Numbered from the stretch's first letter, positions 16,721 through 25,358 are shown. The stretch: DNA of 32,000 nt from Fibrobacter succinogenes subsp. succinogenes S85 (GCF_000146505.1 NC_017448.1:2100001-2132000); one strand, 5' to 3'. Numbers and translations: made by a program. The notes: generated from the letters alone by a model not told the origin.

Positions 16721-17137
16721 ATGAACGATATAACAGAAAAAGACGTAAAAAGGGTTTGGGTCGAAAAGGATGCCATTTGCGTCGAGCTCAAGGACGGTCG
16801 CATAGGGAAAGAACTCATTCGCGATTACGAGCCGCTCAAAAAAGCCACCAGAGAACAGCTGAAAAATTGCAGGGTAGATCTCGATGGCGTATGGTTTGAC
16901 GATCTAGACGAAGGGCTTGCGCTATCTGGATTTTTCTCGCCCAAGAAAACAAATCCCGTTGGTCGCATATTTTGGCTTTTCCCCGAACTGAACGCAGCCG
17001 CATTCGCGCGTCGTTTGGGAATTCCGCAACCACTTTTTGCGGCCTATGTCAATGGATCTAAGAAGCCATCCGCAGCTAGGCGTAAAAAGATCAACGACGA
17101 ATTCCATCGAATCGGTCGTGAGTTGATGCAAGTATAA
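16721..17137 (+). CDS. DUF2442-like domain fused to a C-terminal HTH-like segment
   Basis: VKRVWVEKDAICVELKDGRIGKELIRDYEPLKKATREQLKNCRVDLDGVWFDDLDEGL fits the DUF2442 pattern. The tail LNAAAFARRLGIPQPLFAAYVNGSKKPSAARRKKI looks like an XRE-type HTH. GGAG lies before the ATG. Confidence 0.55.
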   Translation: MNDITEKDVKRVWVEKDAICVELKDGRIGKELIRDYEPLKKATREQLKNCRVDLDGVWFDDLDEGLALSGFFSPKKTNPVGRIFWLFPELNAAAFARRLGIPQPLFAAYVNGSKKPSAARRKKINDEFHRIGRELMQV

Positions 17138-17167
17138 GCGCCTATTTTAAGCGCGTTGTCCCCACCC

Positions 17168-18073
17168 TTACTTGCAATGTTTCTTGAGCGCAGCGATGTA
17201 CGCTTCGGCGTAGCGTGATTTCGTGACGCCTTTGCGCATCACGTAACCGACTGTCATTTTGTCGTGGACATCGAGGCGTTTTGCGATGATGTTCTTGCCG
17301 TTGAGTTTGTGGCTAATGACACCAGAGCAAATCGTGTAGCCGTCAAGGCCGATGAGCAAGTTGAAAAGTGTAGCGCGGTCACGGACTTTGATGTTTCGCG
17401 GGCAGTCAAAATCGATGGCGGTGAGCGGTTCTTCGGCAAAATAGAACGAGTTGAAATCGCCCTGTTCGTAGGTCAAGTACGGAAACGGTTTGAGATCCGC
17501 GAGCGTGATTTTTTCTTTTTTCGCAAGCGGATTCTTTGACGACATGAACACATGAAGCGGAGTTGCGAAGAGCGGTTCAAACACGAGGTTGTTTTTTTGG
17601 ATGAGCTTCGTGATAACCTTTTCGTTTTTGTCACTGAGGTAGAGCACGCCCATTTCGCTTTTCATTTTGGCGACATCGTCAATGATTTCGTTGGTCTGCG
17701 TTTCGCGAAGCGTAAAATCGTAGCTCGGGCCGCCAAACTTACGGATAACATCGACAAATGCATTCACGGCAAAAGAATAGTGCTGGCAGCTGACGGAGAA
17801 AATCATGTTGCCGCCCTTGCCACCTTTATAGCGGTCTTCCAAGAGCGTCGCCTGTTCCAAAACCTGCCTTGCGTACGAAAGGAATTCATCGCCTTCGTTT
17901 GTGATGGTCACGCCTTTGTTGGAACGGTTGAAAATCGTCACGCCCATTTCTTCTTCGAGTTCGTGGATAGCAGCGGTAAGACTCGGTTGCGAGATAAAGA
18001 CTCGCTTGGACGCTTCGGTAATATTTCGCGTATCTGCAATGGCAATGGCGTATTTAAGTTGTTGTAGAGTCAT
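17168..18073 (-). CDS. LysR-family transcriptional regulator, divergent from metE
   Basis: N-terminal wHTH MTLQQLKYAIAIADTRNITEASKRVFISQPSLTAAIHELEEEMGVTIFNRSNKGVTITNEG, and a length of 301 aa. Confidence 0.88.
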   Translation of the reverse strand: MTLQQLKYAIAIADTRNITEASKRVFISQPSLTAAIHELEEEMGVTIFNRSNKGVTITNEGDEFLSYARQVLEQATLLEDRYKGGKGGNMIFSVSCQHYSFAVNAFVDVIRKFGGPSYDFTLRETQTNEIIDDVAKMKSEMGVLYLSDKNEKVITKLIQKNNLVFEPLFATPLHVFMSSKNPLAKKEKITLADLKPFPYLTYEQGDFNSFYFAEEPLTAIDFDCPRNIKVRDRATLFNLLIGLDGYTICSGVISHKLNGKNIIAKRLDVHDKMTVGYVMRKGVTKSRYAEAYIAALKKHCK

Positions 18074-18099
18074 AAGTTTTCCTTATCGCTGGTTATAAA

Positions 18100-18124
18100 T
18101 CACCATAGGAAAAATCTATGGTGA
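18100..18124. promoter_or_regulatory. perfect 9-bp inverted repeat, candidate LysR-type operator in the LysR/metE divergent region
   Basis: TCACCATAG (18100-18108), a 7-nt spacer, then CTATGGTGA (18116-18124). It lies 27 nt from the LysR start and about 90 nt upstream of the metE ATG. Confidence 0.45.
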
Positions 18125-18214
18125 ACGCATAAAAAATAGTATTTTACCGATGATAAAAAGTGAGGTATATTTGGAGCGTTCAAAAAAACAAAGTAAAAAG
18201 GTAGGTAAAACACC

Positions 18215-20482
18215 ATGAGCATTAAAACATCTGTAATTGGTTTCCCGCGTATCGGTAAGAATCGTGAACTCAAGTTCGCTAGCGAAAAATTCTTCAAGGG
18301 CGATATCTCCGAAGCTGAACTCCAGAAGGTCGCCGCAGAAATCCGCCAGTACGGCTGGCAGAAGCAGAAGGCCGCAGGCATCGACTTCATCCCGTCCAAC
18401 GACTTCTCGTTCTACGATAATGTTCTCGACACTGCATTTTTGCTGAACGTTATTCCAGAACGCTACAGCAGCCTCGAATTGAGCACGCTTGAAAAGTATT
18501 TCGCAGCCGCCCACGGTTACCAAGGCGCAAAGGGCGACGTGAAGGCTCTTCCGATGAAGAAGTGGTTCAATACGAACTATCATTACATTGTTCCGGAAAT
18601 TGATGACGCTACCGATCTCAAGCTCGTCGGCAAGAAGCCGGTTGAAGAATTCAACGAAGCCAAATCGGCCGGAATTGAATCCGTTCCGACGCTTATCGGC
18701 GCATACACATTCCTCCGCCTCGCCCGCTACAACGGCAACAAGAAGGCCAAGGACTTCGCAGCAGCCGCAGTCAATGCTTACGCAGAACTCGCTGAAAAGC
18801 TCGCTACCGCAGGCGCCAAGTGGATTTCTTTCGCAGAACCGGCACTCGTCTTCGACGTGACCGCAGAAGAACGCGAACTCTTCAAGACGATTTACGCAGA
18901 ACTCTTGAGAAAGATTGGCGAAAAGAAGAACCTCAAGATTGCATTGCAGAGTTACTTTGGCGACATCCGCGATGTCTATCAGGATGTGACCGCACTCGGC
19001 TTTGACGCTATCGGTTTGGATTTCGTTGAAGGTCTTAAGTCTCTCGAACTTTTGAAGACAGGCTTCCCGAAGGACACGCTCCTCTTGGCTGGCGTCGTGA
19101 ACGGCAAGAACATCTGGCGCGCTGATTACGCACAGAAGAACGCAATCCTCGCCGAAATCAAGAAGTATGTCGCTGCAGAAAATGTTGTCGTTGGCACATC
19201 TTGCTCTCTCTTGCACGTGCCTTACACGGTCGCCGCAGAACAGAAGCTTTCAGCCGACATTCTCAAGCACTTCGCATTCGCCGAAGAAAAACTCGTGGAA
19301 ATTGCAGAACTCGCTAGCGCTGACGCAGATGCACTCGCCAAGAACAAGGCTTTGTTCGCAACTGCTCGCGTGCAGGCAAACGCAAAGGTTCAGGCAGAAC
19401 TCGCAGCACTCACCGCTGCTGATTTCGAGCGCAAGCCGAGCCGCCTCGATCGTCGCGAAGTGCAGAAGGCAGAATTCAAGTTGCCGGCATTCCCGACAAC
19501 GACAATCGGCTCCTTCCCGCAGACTGCCGAAGTTCGCGCCAACCGCGCCGCATTCCGCAAGGGTGAAATTTCCAAGGAACAGTACGTCGCATTCAACCAG
19601 AAGAAGATTGCCGAATGCATCAAGTTGCAGGAAGAAATTGGCCTCGATGTGATTGTCCACGGTGAATTTGAACGCAATGACATGGTGGAATATTTCGGTT
19701 CCAAGATTGACGGCTTTGTGTTCACGCAGAACGCCTGGGTGCAGAGCTACGGAACCCGTTGCGTGAAGCCGCCTGTGGTTTGGGGCGACGTGAGCCGCAG
19801 CGCTCCGATTACGGTTGAATGGTCCGTTTTCGCACAAAGCTGCACCAAGAAGCCGGTGAAGGGCATGCTTACGGGTCCTGTCACGATTCTCAACTGGTCC
19901 TTCCCGCGTGAAGACATTTCGCTCAAGACGCAGGCTCAGGAAATCGGCCTTGCCATCCGTGACGAAGTTTTGGACCTCGAAAAGAACGGCATCAGAATCA
20001 TCCAGATTGACGAAGCCGCTCTTCGCGAAAAGTTGCCGCTCCGCAAGAGCGACTGGCACAAGGAATACCTCGACTGGGCAATCCCTGCATTCCGCCTAGT
20101 TCACGCCAAGGTCAAGCCCGAAACGCAGATCCACACGCACATGTGCTATAGCGAATTCAACGACATCGTCCGCGACATCGACAACATGGACGCCGACGTG
20201 ATTACGTTCGAAGCTAGCCGTTCTGACCTCAAGCTGCTCGACGCCTTGAACGACGCCAAGTTCGAAACGCAGGTGGGTCCGGGTGTTTACGACATTCACT
20301 CTCCGCGTGTGCCGTCCGAACAGGAAATCGTTGATGCCCTCCACAAGATCATTGCGAAGGTCCCGCAGCAGAATGTGTGGGTGAACCCGGATTGCGGCCT
20401 CAAGACTCGTGGCGAAACCGAAACGACGGCAAGTCTCAAGAACCTCGTTGCCGCCGCCAAGAAGCTGCGCGAAGAAAAGTAA
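18215..20482 (+). CDS. metE: cobalamin-independent methionine synthase (5-methyltetrahydropteroyltriglutamate-homocysteine methyltransferase)
   Basis: 755 aa. The N-terminus is [29 protein letters not shown]. The layout shows two Meth_synt domains. The C-terminal part includes [12 protein letters not shown] and ...[12 protein letters not shown]. Confidence 0.95.
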   Translation: MSIKTSVIGFPRIGKNRELKFASEKFFKGDISEAELQKVAAEIRQYGWQKQKAAGIDFIPSNDFSFYDNVLDTAFLLNVIPERYSSLELSTLEKYFAAAHGYQGAKGDVKALPMKKWFNTNYHYIVPEIDDATDLKLVGKKPVEEFNEAKSAGIESVPTLIGAYTFLRLARYNGNKKAKDFAAAAVNAYAELAEKLATAGAKWISFAEPALVFDVTAEERELFKTIYAELLRKIGEKKNLKIALQSYFGDIRDVYQDVTALGFDAIGLDFVEGLKSLELLKTGFPKDTLLLAGVVNGKNIWRADYAQKNAILAEIKKYVAAENVVVGTSCSLLHVPYTVAAEQKLSADILKHFAFAEEKLVEIAELASADADALAKNKALFATARVQANAKVQAELAALTAADFERKPSRLDRREVQKAEFKLPAFPTTTIGSFPQTAEVRANRAAFRKGEISKEQYVAFNQKKIAECIKLQEEIGLDVIVHGEFERNDMVEYFGSKIDGFVFTQNAWVQSYGTRCVKPPVVWGDVSRSAPITVEWSVFAQSCTKKPVKGMLTGPVTILNWSFPREDISLKTQAQEIGLAIRDEVLDLEKNGIRIIQIDEAALREKLPLRKSDWHKEYLDWAIPAFRLVHAKVKPETQIHTHMCYSEFNDIVRDIDNMDADVITFEASRSDLKLLDALNDAKFETQVGPGVYDIHSPRVPSEQEIVDALHKIIAKVPQQNVWVNPDCGLKTRGETETTASLKNLVAAAKKLREEK

Positions 20483-20592
20483 AAAGTTACACCTCTACTG
20501 TCGTTGCAAGGAACACCTCTCTTTACTGATAGACAGATTCCAAGTTCGCTCTAGTCTATCGCCCCACGCCTTGTAATGACGGTGAACGAAAT

Positions 20593-20630
20593 AATCCCCG
20601 TGTGCATAATGCCGCGGGGATTTCCTGTTT
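20593..20630 (+). terminator. possible terminator about 110 nt downstream of metE
   Basis: AATCCCCG (20593-20600) pairs with CGGGGATT (20615-20622), followed by TCCTGTTT. The T-tract is weak. Confidence 0.35.
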
Positions 20631-20775
20631 ATGACAAGGAAAAACGTGCACCTTCGTTATCAACAAAACCTATACCTCCCCATAAAAAAGTAGTATAGTC
20701 CTATACCTTGTGAATAACCTACCACTTTGCTATCTTTGTGCCGCATTTAAAAACGGCTCTTCAAGGAGGTGCAAC

Positions 20776-21963
20776 ATGGATAAACGCACAGGACTTTTTG
20801 CAAATGGAATTATATGGTTTGGCGTCGCCATCTCCGTTTCCGAAATCGAAGCGGGTATAGAAATTGGCGCTGCCGCCGCAAGGGATTCGCTTTGGCTCCC
20901 GCTCGTGCTCGGGCACATTTTTGGCGGCATCCTGCTCTTTTTCGTGGGCCTCATCGGAGCGCGCGTCCGCTTGAACGCCATGGAAACGACCAAATCCTCA
21001 TTCGGCAAATACGGTTCCAAGTTCTTCGCCGCGCTGAACACATTCCAGTTGCTCGCCTGGGTCGCTGTTTTGAACGCGCAAGGCGCTTCAGCATTGGCAG
21101 GGCTCAACTTGCCAATTTCGTTCCCGCTCACATGCGTGATTCTTGCCGCACTTATCGCAGCCTGGGTTTACGTTGGCATCCGCCGCTCTGCCAACGTGAC
21201 GACCGTCGTGATGGCAGCCCTCGCCGTTTTGCTCGCGATTCTTTCTGTGAAGTTGTTCGGACTCGACAGTTCACCCGCAGGCGCCGCAGGTAACACAGCA
21301 ACCGCGCTCAAGTTCTGGAACATTTTCGAGATTTCCATTGCCATGCCGATTTCATGGTTGCCCGTAATTTCGGACTACACGAAGGATGCCGAAAAGCCTG
21401 TAAAGGCAACAGCAATTTCTGCAATCGCCTACACATTTGCAAGTCTCTGGATGTACATCATCGGCATTGAAATTTCGGGCATTGGCGCAAGCAACAACAT
21501 CGCGCAAGCCATTCTCCTCGCAGGTCTTGGCATCCCGGGAATCATCATCGTGGTGCTTTCAACCGTCACGACAAACTTCCTTGCGGCAAACTCCGCTGGC
21601 GAATCTTCCAAGGCGATTTACAGTAAAATAAATCCAAAAATTGCAGGTGTTGTCGTGAGTTTCTTGAGCGCTGCTCTCGCCATTTCGGGAATCATGGAAC
21701 ATTACATCAGCTTCCTTTACCTGATCGCTTCCGTGTTCGCCCCGATGGCAGCCGTTCTCTTGGTCTCGTTCTACTTTTCCAAGGAACGTACAGAATCGCT
21801 CGGCGTTTGGCTCTGGAACATTTTCGCCTGGCTCGCGGGCTTTATCGCTTACCAAGTGGCAGAACATTTCGACTCCGTTTTCCTCGGCCCCACACTCCTT
21901 GCGGTTATCGTTTCGGCAGCATTTGCATCCGTGCGCGTACTCTCGGAAAAGAAAGATTTTTAA
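20776..21963 (+). CDS. cytX: NCS1-type permease resembling the putative hydroxymethylpyrimidine transporter CytX
   Basis: Polytopic membrane protein. GIIWFGVAISVSEIEAGIEIG...LGHIFGGILLFFVGLIGARVRLNAMETTKSSFGKYGSKFF..FQLLAWVAV matches my memory of the CytX/cytosine-permease pattern. I place the start at ATG 20776, preceded by AAGGAGG. The track ORF starts at GTG 20710. Confidence 0.6.
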   Translation: MDKRTGLFANGIIWFGVAISVSEIEAGIEIGAAAARDSLWLPLVLGHIFGGILLFFVGLIGARVRLNAMETTKSSFGKYGSKFFAALNTFQLLAWVAVLNAQGASALAGLNLPISFPLTCVILAALIAAWVYVGIRRSANVTTVVMAALAVLLAILSVKLFGLDSSPAGAAGNTATALKFWNIFEISIAMPISWLPVISDYTKDAEKPVKATAISAIAYTFASLWMYIIGIEISGIGASNNIAQAILLAGLGIPGIIIVVLSTVTTNFLAANSAGESSKAIYSKINPKIAGVVVSFLSAALAISGIMEHYISFLYLIASVFAPMAAVLLVSFYFSKERTESLGVWLWNIFAWLAGFIAYQVAEHFDSVFLGPTLLAVIVSAAFASVRVLSEKKDF

Positions 21964-21976
21964 TTTTTAGTTCGCC

Positions 21977-22807
21977 ATGTCTCAAAAGAAAATCGCGTTA
22001 ATTAATGATGTTACAGGATTTGGTCGGTGTTCCATCGCAGTCATGGCACCGATTGTTTCCGCCATGAAAATTCAAGCGGTTACAATTCCAACCGCAGTCC
22101 TTTCGGCACACACGCAGTTCCCCGAATACTACTTCGACGACTACACGTCAAAAATGCGCGATTACATTCAAACCTACAAGGATTTGAATTTATCATTCGA
22201 CGCCATTGCTTCTGGGTTCCTCGGTTCCGAAGAACAGGTGGACATCGTCATTGATTTCTTCAAGACGTTCAAGAAAAACGGCTCGTTTACCTTGGTGGAC
22301 CCCGTGATGGGCGACTACGGCAAGCTCTACGAAACGTACACGCCGACTTTGTGCGAAAAGATGAAAGCACTCGTCCATTACGCCGACATCTTGACACCGA
22401 ACTTGACTGAACTTTGCACGTTGACCGACGTTGAATACCGCACCGAAGGATTCACCGACGCCGAACTTGGCGAAATGTGCCGCAAGCTCACGGAACAAGG
22501 CCCCGAACACATCGTCGTAACCGGCATTCCGTACAACAGCAAGCAAATCATGAACTACGTCTACAGCAAAGGCGAAGAACCGCGAATCGTGATGGTGGAC
22601 CGCATCGGCGGCGACCGCAGCGGAACTGGAGACGTCATCAGTTCAATCATCGCGGGCATGTACATGAATGGTCATGATTTTTACGAATCAGTCAAAAAGG
22701 CCGCAGAATTTGTAACAAAGTGCATCCGCTACTGCGAAGACAACAACGTTCCCACGCATTGGGGACTGTGCTTCGAAATGTACCTTCGTGACTTGATGGA
22801 GGATTAA
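21977..22807 (+). CDS. pdxK: pyridoxal/pyridoxine/pyridoxamine (PdxK/ThiD-superfamily) kinase
   Basis: IALINDVTGFGRCSIAVMAPIVSAMKIQAVTIPTAVLSAHT...LVDPVMGDYGKLY...ADILTPNLTELCTL...GDRSGTGDV is typical of ribokinase-fold vitamin B6 kinases. Confidence 0.65.
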   Translation: MSQKKIALINDVTGFGRCSIAVMAPIVSAMKIQAVTIPTAVLSAHTQFPEYYFDDYTSKMRDYIQTYKDLNLSFDAIASGFLGSEEQVDIVIDFFKTFKKNGSFTLVDPVMGDYGKLYETYTPTLCEKMKALVHYADILTPNLTELCTLTDVEYRTEGFTDAELGEMCRKLTEQGPEHIVVTGIPYNSKQIMNYVYSKGEEPRIVMVDRIGGDRSGTGDVISSIIAGMYMNGHDFYESVKKAAEFVTKCIRYCEDNNVPTHWGLCFEMYLRDLMED

Positions 22808-22808
22808 A

Positions 22809-23468
22809 ATGGTTGTTTATACGGTAACAGGAAATGTTGGACAAGCAGGCTACCTCGACATCGCCAACAGCGGCGACATCACAGGCAAGAATATTTATGT
22901 GAACATGACAAACCGCTGCCCGTGCAGCTGCGTTTTTTGCTTGCGCCAGACAAAGAAAATGATGGAAGGCAACTCGCTTTGGCTCAGAGGCGGCGAACCG
23001 AGCGTCGAAGGTGTCATGAGCATTTTCGACAAGTACGACCTTTCCGTCATCAACGAACTCGTCTTTTGCGGCTACGGTGAACCGCTCGAACGTCTCCATG
23101 ACGTGTGCAAAGTCATTGACTTGTTGCACGGCAAATACCCGAAATTAAAAGTCCGCCTCAATACGAACGGACTTGCAAACCTGATCCACGGCAGAGACGT
23201 AACGCCCGATCTTGAAGGCCGTTTCAACACCGTTTCCATCTCGATGAACGCCCCGGACGCCGAAGAATTCCTGGAACTCACGCGTTCAAGATTTGGCATC
23301 CAGTCCTTTGATGCCGTGAAAGAATTCGCGGTGCTTGCAAAAGAACATGTGCCAAACGTGGTGATGACCGTCGTCGAGAAAGTGATGCCCGAAGAAAAAA
23401 TCGAGCGTTGCCGCAAGATTTGCGAAGAGCTCGGCGTCACGCTGAGAGTTCGCCCATTCGAAAATTAA
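22809..23468 (+). CDS. small radical SAM protein (TatD-associated radical SAM family-like)
   Basis: Cx3Cx2C cluster motif NRCPCSCVFC, then VFCGYGEPL and a length of 219 aa. The ATG lies 1 nt after the kinase stop. Confidence 0.7.
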   Translation: MVVYTVTGNVGQAGYLDIANSGDITGKNIYVNMTNRCPCSCVFCLRQTKKMMEGNSLWLRGGEPSVEGVMSIFDKYDLSVINELVFCGYGEPLERLHDVCKVIDLLHGKYPKLKVRLNTNGLANLIHGRDVTPDLEGRFNTVSISMNAPDAEEFLELTRSRFGIQSFDAVKEFAVLAKEHVPNVVMTVVEKVMPEEKIERCRKICEELGVTLRVRPFEN

Positions 23469-23504
23469 CTATATATAATATACAAATTTCAACTGTCATA
23501 TTTT

Positions 23505-23535
23505 GACCCTTGATAAAAGGGTCATTTTTTATTTT
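23505..23535 (+). terminator. rho-independent terminator after the radical SAM gene
   Basis: GACCCTT (23505-23511), loop GATAA, AAGGGTC (23517-23523), then ATTTTTTATTTT. Confidence 0.7.
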
Positions 23536-23568
23536 ATCATAGCCGAATAAAGGCTTAAATTTTTACCC

Positions 23569-23597
23569 TTGACAAAAAACCGAAAATTTACTATATT
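23569..23597 (+). promoter_or_regulatory. near-consensus sigma70-type promoter
   Basis: TTGACA (23569-23574), an exact 17-nt spacer, then TATATT (23592-23597). It lies 225 nt upstream of the ATG at 23822. Confidence 0.55.
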
Positions 23598-23680
23598 GCG
23601 CATCCGCTTTTTTGAGATATGATTAAATAAAATTTTTTAATTGAAATTGTCGCCCCATTAAATAAAAAAATTAAATAAGA

Positions 23681-23790
23681 TTTTTTTGTTTTTTGTCGCG
23701 TCCTTTTTTCGCCCTATAGTTTTTGTGTTCCTCTTTTTTTGCGCTCTATTTTTATCGCCTTTTTTTGTCGTCCCTTTTAAAAAGTTTTTT
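23681..23790 (+). repeat. array of about 8 degenerate ~15-nt units: T5-7 tract followed by a short GC-rich block
   Basis: TTTTTTGTCGCGTCC / TTTTTTCGCCCTATAG / TTTTTGTGTTCCTC / TTTTTTTGCGCTCTA / TTTTTATCGCC / TTTTTTTGTCGTCCC / TTTTAAAAAG / TTTTTT. The T-tracts start at 23681, 23689, 23704, 23720, 23734, 23749, 23760, 23775 and 23785. Confidence 0.6.
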
Positions 23791-23821
23791 AAATCCCAAC
23801 ATCAATCACATAGGACTATCT

Positions 23822-24409
23822 ATGAAAAAAATCAATTTCAATCAATTCCTCCAAACCACCATTTTGGAAAACTCCACCATCGAACCGAACGAATTCGATC
23901 TAACATTTGCAGAACTCATCTGCGGCAAAAATTCAAAAACATACAAACATCAATTCATTAACTATTTAAAATTACCCCAAAAATCAAACATCAAAAACAA
24001 ACAAACTAAAGAAATTTTTGCCAAATCAAGTGAAGAAAATAAAGAATTAGCCGCAAAATTCAATCTCATCATTCAACATCTCACAGCACTCCAAACAGCA
24101 ATCGACAATTTCGACATTCTATTCATCATCAACTGCAAAGTCGAAAACATCTCAACATCATCTAAAAAAGCTCAAATTCTACTCTACTGGATTCTCGAAC
24201 AATTCATTACCTGGAAACAAAAACCACATTTCAACAACGTCGAAGAAGTCAAATTCTCACTCATCTATTTTATCAACCGCGTCAAACCAGAAATCGACAA
24301 CTACATCCGTGAAATGGCTCTCCACGCCTGCAATCCAGAGCGTTTCGCAAGCATCAACGACATTCAAAAATTCCAAAAAATTTCCAGTCGAACTTTCGCT
24401 CTTGCATAA
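23822..24409 (+). CDS. hypothetical protein (195 aa), AT-rich orphan
   Basis: I place the start at ATG 23822 (MKKINFNQFLQTTILENSTIEPNEF...). The track ORF starts at 23723 inside the T-tract array. No family recognised. Confidence 0.55.
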   Translation: MKKINFNQFLQTTILENSTIEPNEFDLTFAELICGKNSKTYKHQFINYLKLPQKSNIKNKQTKEIFAKSSEENKELAAKFNLIIQHLTALQTAIDNFDILFIINCKVENISTSSKKAQILLYWILEQFITWKQKPHFNNVEEVKFSLIYFINRVKPEIDNYIREMALHACNPERFASINDIQKFQKISSRTFALA

Positions 24410-24434
24410 ACTTCAATTTATGCATTTTTAAATT

Positions 24435-24492
24435 GCTCTGCATTTTCAAAATACCAGTATTTTTTAAACGCTCTGCATTTTCAAAATACCAG
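24435..24492. repeat. two perfect 23-nt direct repeats, period 35 nt, between convergent genes
   Basis: GCTCTGCATTTTCAAAATACCAG occurs at 24435-24457 and again at 24470-24492. A weak 5-bp hairpin CCAGC/GCTGG (24489-24511), flanked by T-runs, follows. Confidence 0.7.
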
Positions 24493-24537
24493 CATTTTTC
24501 ATTATCGCTGGCATTTTTTACACGCTATTCTAGCAGG

Positions 24538-25197
24538 CTATTTTAAATTTTGCCTGCCGCGACGCATATAGTCCGCTTCAACATTTGATTTCCACGAGCG
24601 TTCATTGACACGGTTACGGCGGATATCGCTCATCAAGCAGCATTGCGCACTGTACATGACCTCAATGCCTTCCCCGTCATTGACATAATTTGCGGCACGG
24701 TCTTCACTGATACCGAAACTTTTTGCAGTTTCAACAGCATCAATGTTCGCGCCAAGAAAAATGAATTCCCATCCATATTTTTCTTTCTGGCGTTCAATCA
24801 TCTGCTTCACGCGATCAGCCGAATATTTGCGGCTTGCGTTTTCGTAGCCATCGGTCGTGATGACAAAGATGGTCTTTTCGGGACGGTCTTCTTCGCGGGC
24901 GTACTTATGTACATTGCCAATGTGATGGATGGCCCCACCGATAGCATCAAGGAGTGCGGTGCAACCGCGGGCGTAATATTCCCTGTCGGTGAGCGGAGCG
25001 ACACTTGCGAGGGGAACGCGGTCGTGGAGCACTTCCATTTCGGAATCAAAGAGAACCGTCGAAACATACGCTTCGCCCGCTTCTTTCTTCTGCTTTTCGA
25101 TAGTGCTATTGAAGCCCCCGATGGTATCTTTTTCGAGCCCGCTCATGGAGCCGCTACGGTCGAGGATGAATACGATTTCAGTGAGTCCTTTTTTCAT
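24538..25197 (-). CDS. von Willebrand factor type A (VWA) domain protein
   Basis: MIDAS motif in EIVFILDRSGSMSG, later ITTDGYENAS and WEFIFLGANIDAVE. I place the start at ATG 25195-25197 after GGAGG (25203-25207). Confidence 0.8.
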   Translation of the reverse strand: MKKGLTEIVFILDRSGSMSGLEKDTIGGFNSTIEKQKKEAGEAYVSTVLFDSEMEVLHDRVPLASVAPLTDREYYARGCTALLDAIGGAIHHIGNVHKYAREEDRPEKTIFVITTDGYENASRKYSADRVKQMIERQKEKYGWEFIFLGANIDAVETAKSFGISEDRAANYVNDGEGIEVMYSAQCCLMSDIRRNRVNERSWKSNVEADYMRRGRQNLK

Positions 25198-25293
25198 AAT
25201 TGCCTCCATGCCGCTATCAGTGCGGCTTTGGTGCGACCGCAGGCTTCATTGCCTTAGCGGTTTTGACAGAGACAATTATAGCAGCCGTATAAG

Positions 25294-25318
25294 CAAAAAA
25301 GGTCGCCCGGCAGGCGAC
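25294..25318 (-). terminator. rho-independent terminator after the macro-domain gene
   Basis: On the minus strand: GTCGCC, loop TGCCG, GGCGAC (25302-25318), followed by CTTTTTTGCTTAT. Confidence 0.6.
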
Positions 25319-25358
25319 ATTTTCAAAGGCGATTTTCGCAGTAAAAAGCTCTCACGAA

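Noticed and set aside
18074-18214. SAM or cobalamin riboswitch upstream of metE.
   Set aside because: The whole intergenic region is 141 nt and is shared with the divergent LysR promoter. It is too short and lacks the conserved B12-box or SAM-I helices.
20483-20775. Expected TPP (THI-box) riboswitch upstream of the cytX-like gene.
   Set aside because: I could not find the conserved CUGAGA / ACCUGAUCUGGAUAAUGCCAGCG-type core by eye. An Infernal scan would be decisive.
20710-20775. GTG start at 20710 for the permease. Also the extended starts in the ORF track at 1495, 4361, 8119, 9313, 15804, 23723, 30605 and 31450.
   Set aside because: The internal ATG codons have proper Shine-Dalgarno sequences or match the family N-termini. 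The extensions overlap upstream genes, terminators or repeat arrays.
23681-23790. Type III toxin-antitoxin (ToxI-like) repeat RNA or a CRISPR-like array.
   Set aside because: The units are about 15 nt, degenerate and variable in length. There are no unique spacers and no exact repeats, and the downstream protein shows no ToxN/AbiQ-like motif that I can recognise. I kept it only as a lower-interest finding.
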